DNA from: Utricularia gibba
Taxonomy: Eukaryota; Plantae; Magnoliophyta
Assembly: GCA_002189035.1 (NCBI GenBank)
Contig: NEEC01000015.1
Coordinates: forward strand, 434,001 to 498,000
Direction: 5' to 3'
Length of the DNA: 64,000 nucleotides
Shown: positions 55,479 to 64,000 of the stretch, piece after piece
How positions within the stretch are numbered: position 1 is the first letter of the stretch
How the letters are laid out: each line of letters begins with the position of its first letter
The notes under the pieces: generated by a model
Told to the model about the DNA's origin: nothing
What the model saw: only the letters and a program-made list of their open reading frames with translations
The model's database searches: none
Program-made: the position numbers and the translations under genes

Positions 55479-57966
55479 TCATCTCACAGCTTCGGGAGCC
55501 GAATTGCAGTAAGGCGTATGCAAGCACACCAGCTTGGTGCATGTTAGACACACGGTGGCAAACACTGAACCAACAACAAAACCAAACATGCTCCTCCTCC
55601 TATCCAAATTCACTGCTCGTCGGAAGATGCTGCCAAAGCATGGAAGGAGCCCCCCACAGGCGAAGATCATTGCATGATCCAAGCCACTGTAATCTATCCG
55701 AGCAATGATGGCTCCAATGGCGGATAAAGGACCGACCACCCAACAAGAGCTGCCGATAGAATGGACCCATTCCAACTGTCTGTTGCTCCAAAGATGCAGC
55801 TCGCCACTGCAGCGCCTCGAGGGAAGCCATGGAGGGCGACCGGCAGCAGCATGTGTCTTCCGAGGCCGTAAGCCGACGGTGCGGCGACGCCCAAGGCGAG
55901 ACCCTCAGCAAGAGCGTGGAGAGCAATTGCAGCACAAGCCAGGATAGATTGGAGCGTCAGGGAGCTGAAGGAGAAGCCTGTTATGCTGGTCAGTGAATCA
56001 GCTGAAGTTTTCTTACGAGTCCCAAGGTTTTTAGCAGTGGAGATGACTGTGCGGACAAACGCAGATCCAATCCCAAGAAGAATGAGGACAGGGAGAAGGC
56101 CCATTTTTGAGGAAAGGATCAGTTGAAGGGGTCTCCACAGACTAAGTACAGCAGCAATTCCAGCAGCCACACCGGTTAGAAGTGCATGCTGAAGTTGGAA
56201 TATGAGAGCAAACGCTACGAGGGCAAGGCCACCAAGCAGTGGACCGAGGCCAAATAGGAGAGATACTGCATAACCAGAGGCGTCTTGAGGGCTGAAAAAA
56301 TAAGACAAAAAATAAAGGAAAAATCCCATATTAAGGAGACGTACATGTTAGAAACATCAAACTCCCATATTAAGCCCCAGACAGATCAGATGACAGAAGG
56401 AACCACAGATGGCAAAAGGGTGTCAGAAAAAAATGGAATAGCATTAGTGAAAGAGATCTCACTTGTAGTTGTTACCGAAGTACTCAAAAATTGCACTGAG
56501 TGCTTCCATAAATGCAACAGAAAGTGTCGCTGCCGATGCTACATGAGATGGGGCAGCTTCCTGCAGTGGATATGGATGCACCATAAATGAAGTAACCAAT
56601 TTATGCTAAGTAAAGAAGTTCACATGTAATGATGTGCTTGTGCTCGAAAGCCAGCCTGATTTAAGGGGTATGAATAATCTGTTTTCCATCAACGAAAACT
56701 GTTTGATGCAAAAGCATGGAGCGCTTACAAATATATGGCCATCAAGAAGGACAACATGGTTACCTTGAAGCCATCAGGGAGAACCTCAGACACCACCATC
56801 CAAAGCATACACCCTGCAGCAAATCCGGTTGCAAACGGCAAGAGCTTGTTGAATGCATCAGCACAAATAAATGAGGGGATGGCCACGATAGGCTGCAAGT
56901 TGATCATCGGTGATTAGAAGAAATCGTGGAAAAAGTCAGGTGATGTTGAATTGTCGAGACTCCATACCTGGGGCAATGATGTAATCACGCTCCATAACAT
57001 GGCATTTCTGGGAGATACTCCTCTTGATGCCAGGACCATGCTCACAGCCAATCCTTCAGGTATATTATGAATGGCAATAGCCAACGTAACCAATATACCG
57101 TTTGACAGGCCTTTGGAGCCAGCAAAAGAAACTCCAACACCAGAGCCCTCTCCAACAGAATGCAGTGTCATGATCCCCACAACAAGAATTGCTTTAGCTG
57201 CTTCTGCTCCCTTAATATCCAACATGCTCACTTCACCATGCCCCTCGAGAAACTGAAGAGGAAATAAGTGTTGTAATACCAACATAAAAGAAAGCCTTCG
57301 AAAAGTTCTTGCTAGATGATTATAAAAAGTTAGATTCACATAGCGATGAACATAACCAGATTTGAATGAACGTTAATCACATCATCCTTCTTGCATTTGG
57401 GTATGAAATAGTTAACCGTGCCAGAAAATATCAAAGGCTGTAACTAAGGGAGATGGGAATAATAGATACGGCAAATGAAAATCACATATCCAAATGCATA
57501 CCTTCTTGGAAAGCAATATGAATATGCCACCAGCCAAAATGCCCAAAACCACCCAACCACCGCTCCCGTGTTCCTGCCCCTCCTGTATAAGGTCAAAACT
57601 AGCTGCAAGCATTACACCTGCAGCCATTCCATTGCACACTCCTGCCCATTGAGGATCAAGCTCCACAAAAAAGAATGGCACAGCACCCAAACCAGTAGCA
57701 GCAGCCATGGCGAGAGTTAAAAGTGCAACCGTCAGCACTGGCACTCGATTGTTTCCACCAACGACTCCAGAAATATCACCACCACCCGCATTCGAGTCAA
57801 ATGCATACTCCTTACCAGACCCATCTATGACAGTGCCCCATCCATTCCCTTGTGGGGCAGTGATCATTGTTTTCAAGGTTTCATCCTCATGCCTGGCTAT
57901 GGCAAGATGACCGAAAGCAAGCATACAGAAAAGAAGCGAACTAATCCAACTTGCTTTTAAGTACAT
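55479..57966 (-). CDS. ZIP-family (GufA/ZIP11-like) metal transporter, At3g08650 type, 5 exons; one -1 frameshift at ~55739-55741
   Basis: TLAMAAATGLGAVPFFFVELDPQW, MTLHSVGEGSGVGVSF, IAIHNIPEGLAV, ALHALAEGLALGVAAP, ALHGFPRGAAVAS, terminal CLHTPYCNSAPEAVR*. Confidence 0.9.
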
Positions 57967-59624
57967 TCTTATATAACGTCAACTATCTCCAAGATCAATC
58001 TATCAGGATCCTGCCGCAAAAACACCCAACAGACTTGTGTTCGATCTTCCCAGCCACAACGGCTGGACAGATCAAACAAGATCAATCGGGGAACAGAAAG
58101 TCCCTAAATCATTATAGATACCATAAAATCCTCCTGCAGTAGAAGTCTGAATTTGCGGACACAGGTTATCCCAATAGAAGCCCGTCTCAACAGCTGCAGA
58201 AACAATATGCTAGAGCTTATGTCATACATGTACAAAGTTAGAATTGTGAAAAAAATGATGTGGATATCATAAACATGGACACCAGAACGTTGTACCCAAG
58301 AGAAAGAAACACGAGCGGAGGTGGAAAAATATCTGTTCCGATAAGAAAGAAATGATGTACATGATCAACGACCTTCAAATAGATGAAGAAAATAACCCAC
58401 CTAACCTAACCTAACCAATAGGCGTCGTCGTTGATCTCCTATGAAGAAGTAAAACCGCAGGTTTTATGTGCCTACAAGCGATATCCAAACTCTGAATCGA
58501 GTCTCCCTCCTTCCCCGTTTGAAGCGAAAGGAAAAGAGAGGAAATTTCCAACAACCCAGATAAAAATCTACCCAAAAATCAGTACCTTGCACCGGGTAGG
58601 ACAGAATCAGGGTTGAACTAAAAAATGGGAATATAATATTCAATTGCCCTTTTCCTGTGGGCTGCGGTAAACCTTGGTCACCGGGGTATTGATTCCGCTC
58701 TTGTACGAAATAATGCAGCACCCGCAATCCAGCGTTGACGACCAACAGAGATGACAACAACCCCTACCTTCAATTAGTTTGATCTTTCTGCACTACCACT
58801 AGCCTGTATTGTTTAACGGCTTTAAGTTGAGCAGAAAAGATACTACTGTAAATCATGCTGAATGCTGTTCACGACGCATGAGTTTGCTCCTACAAGAGGG
58901 TCTCTCTATAACACAAAAATATTCATCCCATTCCCAGCGATGGAACCGGATCTGTGGCTCAAGATCTTTGGCCTCTGCCCGGACCCGATGGAAAAATGTG
59001 ATCACTTCTTATTGGCTCGCTGGGAATGATTCGGATCTAAAAAAAAAAGACAGGCGGATCCCCTCGTTACACAACTACTCATCATACCACTGTCTATGAC
59101 AAGTTTCTGGTGTGTACCTCATCATAGTCTTCTGGAGGAGGCAACACATCAAAGACAATGTAGCAGCAAGATGATAACCAGTAGAGTAGCAGTTCATGCA
59201 AGTTTGGTTCAAGCAGATTGGCCACTAGCTATGTGGCCGTTCAAGCCCATTAGGCAGTCAGCAACCATAGCAGCAGAAAGTTTCATGCTTCCATGGTGGA
59301 GGTAAATTCAAATAAAACATAGTCGCATTTGGCAGCAGGAAAATCCTGAATGTAGTACACAGGTGCAAAATACGCGAGCATTAGGCTTCTGATAAACACC
59401 AGCCAAGAGTTGAACCAGCAGATGTATGTCACAGAAGTGCTTATGCAGTGAAGAACAGAATACAAAAACTATCTATGTTTTCCAAACATTTGCTCAAAAC
59501 CGATTTATACAAAGTGACCGGATTTGGGACAGTCGAACCGAATCAAATCTTTGATGGTTTTGATTCCCATCGATGGAAAAGAACTGCTTCTGCCAGTGAT
59601 ATCAGACGATACACTAGCAAACAA

Positions 59625-61044
59625 TTAGCGGCTACCCAGTTTGGGGCAACCGGCAGCAAGAGGCAAGTCAAGATTTTCGACACACCTGAAAGTTCTCTGG
59701 ACCATGCGATCTACATACAGTGTGCCTTCGATATGATCACATTCGTGCTGTAAGATTCGAGCTTTCCAACCTGAAGCCTCCACTTTAAGGGGCTGGCCGT
59801 ATCGGTCTAAACCGGTGACCTCGACCTGCAAATGCCTTTCCACTACTGCCCTGAATCCATCCACACTGCAAATCATCCATGGTCACAATACTACCCCAGG
59901 AACTCAGTTGGTATGGAGTTTCATGAACCTTCAGTTCCTAAAACCTTCATGATGGCATCCACAATCTGTCTTCTCTTTGAGTGGATTGCAGAATGACTAG
60001 TCGAAATGATGTTTATAGACGAAGGCCATCAATATCAGTAGCCGTTGTTAAAGAAGCAAATGATACGGATGTTCTTGGTCTAGAAACACCACTTTCAACA
60101 AGCATTCAACAATCTTCTCAAGGAGAAGACACAAAATGGAAGCACTTGTTGCAAGAGAAAAAGTTGTGGATTCTCACCTTAGACATCCTTCAAAAAAGAA
60201 GGCTGTTTTGGTGCCCTTCTTCTTGAGTATTGGGTTCACCAGCACCTGCACTAAAGAGGAGAAACATTCAATACACCACAAAGTCGTCCGCTTAAAGGGA
60301 GAAAAAACTCACAACAACACACGCTATAGATGCCATTGAGGGATCAAAGCTTTCATCTTTGAAGGAGATCATCTATTGTTTACCACCGGATCATCCACTA
60401 ACACTCATATGCTCACAGTTGCATACCAGTAGATCGAATGGTTGCCTATCTTGTGCCTCAGCCTCTGCCTTGGATACATAACTAACGTATTCTTTTGTAT
60501 CTTCCAAGACGATAATCTGCAAGACAATTGCATTGAATGGAAAATCAGAATAAGCTGTTTTCTGATCGTGTACACTAAAAGTAAGCGAATGCAGAGATTT
60601 AAAACGTGGGCAGTCTCAGAAATTCTCAGACATAAAAAACGAGAGATAACAGACCCTCAATGGAATACCGATTTGAGGCGCAGCAAGCCCAACTCCCGGC
60701 GCCTTTCTCATCACCATCACCATATCGTCAATGATTTTCTGTATCCGCTCCGATGCGATATCCGCCGGCGGGACTTCCTCCGCCTGCTCATGAAGAACGG
60801 GATCCCCGGCTTTAACTATTTCTGGAAGCACAATTTTCTCCTTCCGCATCCCCGAAAACCACCCCGCTCGAGCGGCGAATTTGGACTTGGAACTGAAGTT
60901 CCTTCCATCTTCCGGCACTGCAACTGCGTCCCTGAATTGGGGAGGGTGATTCGTAAAGCTTTGGCTACGGATTCTTGAAATGGGCCTCAGGCATTGCAGC
61001 CTCAATGGCGAGAATAAGCGATTCATCATCACCATCGTCTCCAT
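59625..61044 (-). CDS. PDF1A: Peptide deformylase 1A (organellar), 4 exons
   Basis: Transit-peptide-like N-terminus, [10 protein letters not shown], motif 1 [10 protein letters not shown], motif 2 EGCLS (split by an intron), motif 3 QHECDH, C-terminal [13 protein letters not shown]. Confidence 0.95.
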
Positions 61045-61249
61045 TTCAAGACGGTTTTCAGGGAGGACAAAAGCATCGCTGTGGTCTGTGGATATTGGGT
61101 TTAAAAAGTATCAATAATATGAAATACTTTAAATCTAAAAATAAAATTAGGTTAAAATTTGGGGTATTTAAGCAAAGCCTCTGGTGCGGGCGAGCGAAAT
61201 CGTGAAGCAGCTTTCATTTCTTGCGCTATCGAGTAGTCGGTTTGCTGAA

Positions 61250-62065
61250 ATGGCGCTTGGAGTAGAGGAAACCCAGAAGAAGAATCGGATTCAAGTGTCC
61301 AACACGAAGAGGCCGCTCTTCTTTTACGTTAATCTCGCTAAGGTTATTTCTGTTCACTTTTCGTTGTTGATTCCAAAAATTCCTGTTTTTGTTTTTTGAT
61401 TTGTGGTGTGACTGCTAGAGATACATGCAAGAGCATAACGAAGTGGAGCTTTCTGCGCTTGGCATGGGTAATTTCCGGTTGTTGCCTTGCTGGTTGGTTT
61501 TCGTACTCGGTGCCTGATATGTATTTCTCTCCATCTTCAGCTATTTCGACTGTTGTCTCGGTTGCGGAGATTCTCAAGAACAGCGGATTTGCTGTTGAGA
61601 AGAGTGAGTTTTCGGTGTTGGAATATGATTGCATTGCTGTGTAGTCTGTAGCGTGCATCTTATACATCATGGTGCTGAATTTAACTTTACGTTCATTTGA
61701 TATCCCAGAGATCACCACATCGTCTTTGGAGATAAGTGATGATTCAAGGGACAGGCCCATCCAGAAGGCCAAGGTATGGCGTGATAATTCTTCATTGTTA
61801 TGCTGATACTATTAAGATGCTTGTCAATGATCACCTTAGAGGTTGGCGTTTCTGATTCTGGGTTCGGTAAAGAAATGGAGTTTCCATTTATGTGTCAAGA
61901 GCATGCTGCTCTTAGTGAACTTTGGGTTTCGATGTTCTGTCTCCAATCACGAGTCTGCTCTTCATTTGCTTCCCTTTCCTTCTGCAGATTGAAGTAGTCC
62001 TCGAGAAAACAGCAAACTTTGATGCACTGATGGCTGCCGAACCAAATGAGAATGAGGAAGAGTAG
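61250..62065 (+). CDS. Alba-domain DNA/RNA-binding protein, 5 exons
   Basis: Manually spliced: KKNRIQVSNTKRPLFFYVNLAK / RYMQEHNEVELSALGM / AISTVVSVAEILKNSGFAVEK / ..RPIQKAK / IEVVLEKTANFDALMAA; all GT-AG. Missed by the ORF track because the exons are short. Confidence 0.92.
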
Positions 62066-62646
62066 TTCAATGAAATATGATCGCAGCCATCACTTCCTGG
62101 AGGTCGTTTCTGTATCCGCATAGCCACACTTTAGTACTTTCCTAGTCATGTTCGAGATCTGTCTGTCTTCTCCTTGCAACCGCCTACTGCTTGCTTGACA
62201 AGCTTTTTTGTTATATGTGGGCAAATTGTGTTATCATTAGAACCAGCCTTCATTAATAGAACAAATCATTGCAAACCAACCTCAGCATTTTTCATGGTGC
62301 ATTGCTCTTACCTTCAGAACGTGTTCGTCTACAACATACCGCACGGATGGATGAAACACCTTAAGATCAACGACAGTAGACTGAGCAAGGGAGGGATGTT
62401 TATTACCTAGAAAATCTTCCCAGTTGTATTTCACTGACGCAGGCCATAACAAGAGAGGATGACTAGGATTGCACAATGAACATTCCCTACTTTGCATCTT
62501 GCGACTAAAAGGCACGAGCCGCACAAAGCTTGCATTCGTATCGGGGGCTACAGAAATTGGGATTATGAGTGAAGAAGATTTCCACCCACCGTCATGAGTT
62601 AATCTCGCGCAGCGGCGGCCGGCGACGGAGGTGACAGTGAAACTCA

Positions 62647-62716
62647 TGGGCCTTAGTGCACTATTTGGTTGGGCGGGCCTGGGCAGGGCTCACTAGGGCC
62701 ACCTTTACAATGGGCC
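62647..62716. promoter_or_regulatory. Site II motif cluster upstream of LOLITA, possibly bidirectional
   Basis: TGGGCC at 62647 and 62711 with several GGGCC/TGGGC variants between them. Confidence 0.55.
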
Positions 62717-62849
62717 CCAAGTCGAAATAGTTGAAAATAGAGTAAAAAGGTGGGGCATTTTTGAAAATAGCGGAAATACTGGGAGAAACTTTCCCAAGAC
62801 AAAACTCATTCTCTTTGAAAATTTGGGGCAGAGGAAGGGAGCTCATCAA

Positions 62850-64000
62850 ATGTTGCTCGCTGTCTTGATCGCCAATTCCCAAGGCAACATTCTCATTGAA
62901 CGGTATACATCAATTTTCGTTCCATTTTGGCTGAGAAAAAGAATATTTTCTGTTGTTGTGGTTTCCTGATCTGCGATCTTCGATTCCTTGTGTATGTTTT
63001 TCCTCGTAGGTTGTCGTTCTCTGTTTTGGGTGGAAATTCAGTAGTTTGTACTTTGAAATGCCATGAACCTGTGCGCTGATCGAGTTTTAGCTTTGTCAAG
63101 TCTTGTAGGGGGTGCTCTCTAGAAGTTGATACAGCGATCTTGAGTGTTCTCTGGGTTTTGGAGATTATTCCCATATGAATATTTCCTTGCCATATTCTGT
63201 CGACAAAGCCAAATCCGTATCACATGAATAAAAAGCTCTGTGTTTTTTTTTGTTTCAGTTTCAATGGGGTTCCACCAGAGGAGCGTCTTCATTGGAGATC
63301 CTTTTTAGTGAAACTGGGATCAGACAACATCAGGGGAATCAAGAACGAGGAGCTTCTCGTTGCAAGTCACAAGTATGACACTTGTTGTTTTCTATTTTTC
63401 CCATTGTGATTCTTCTTGGCAGCTATGGCTTGTAAAATATTGGAGATACAATGCTCCAAGCAATTTGTTGTAAAATCCTAATGAACAGGCATGACGTAAG
63501 TCCCGGGGAGGATCCCTGCCATCGTCAAACCATGGCAAGATGCCCTAATGGCCCTTTTTCCCTTTTCAGGTCTGTTTACATTGTGTACACAGTGCTTGGA
63601 GATGTCACTGTTTTCGTGGTTGGAAAAGATGAATATGATGAGCTTGCCTGTGAGTATACCATTCAGATGTTACTATTACTTTCAAGAGATCCTTTTGCTC
63701 CTGTTACATGATCTGATGAAGGCCATTTCAAACAGCTCGGATTTGTGCTAAGCTCTATTTTCCTGTTGTTAATGATCCTAGTGGCAGAAGCCATCTTCGT
63801 CATAACCTCGGCCATCAAGGACGTGTGTGGGAAACCGCCGACGGAGCGTGTCTTCCTCGACAAGTACGGGAAAATATGCTTGTGCTTGGATGAGATTGTG
63901 TGGAAGGTGAGCAATACTTTGTGTTTCATTCCCCATTAACTGTTCCCACTCTTGGCATTTACATTGAAGCTTCCCGTTTGGAAGGGTCTGTTGGAGAACA
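62850..64000 (+). CDS. LOLITA: Longin-like small subunit of the TPLATE/TSET complex (LOLITA); truncated by the window end
   Basis: Spliced: MLLAVLIANSQGNILIER / FNGVPPEERLHWRSFLVKLG..KNEELLVASHK / SVYIVYTVLGDV..GKDEYDELA / ..KDVCGKPPTERVFLDKYGKICLCLDEIVWK / GLLEN. Confidence 0.9.

Noticed and set aside
58398-58416. (CCTAA)3, resembling a TTAGG telomere variant
   Set aside because: Only three units in the 5' non-coding region of the ZIP gene; low-complexity coincidence.

Overview
Eukaryotic (flowering-plant, eudicot) nuclear DNA, extremely gene-dense. I can support 21 protein-coding genes in 64 kb (about 3 kb per gene), with short introns, short spacers and no recognisable transposon. In order: BAM-type LRR receptor kinase, RabA2 GTPase, intronless isoamylase 2, delta-COP, cytochrome c, DUF707 protein, proteasome ATPase RPT5, STICHEL-like AAA+ protein, Alfin-like PHD protein, LOV1/NAC035-like NAC factor, ribosomal protein L7a, TVP38/TMEM64 membrane protein, NPF4-type transporter, phytochrome A, two small plant-type proteins of unknown function, UTP21, a ZIP-family transporter, peptide deformylase 1A, an Alba protein and LOLITA (cut by the window end). 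The compactness and accelerated protein divergence suggest a miniature genome such as Utricularia/Genlisea; this is inference only. Five single-base deletions in short homopolymers break four otherwise intact genes and most likely reflect assembly error. I found no clearly new multi-gene system. The best leads are unexplained candidate transcripts or ORFs (62.2-62.65 kb, 50.3-51.0 kb, 10.9-11.2 kb), substitutions in near-invariant motifs (PHYA DIP, STICHEL Walker B, RPL7a), a possible intron-loss exon in UTP21, GC-AG introns and several structured or repeated non-coding elements. Family names and Arabidopsis locus IDs come from memory, not from a search.
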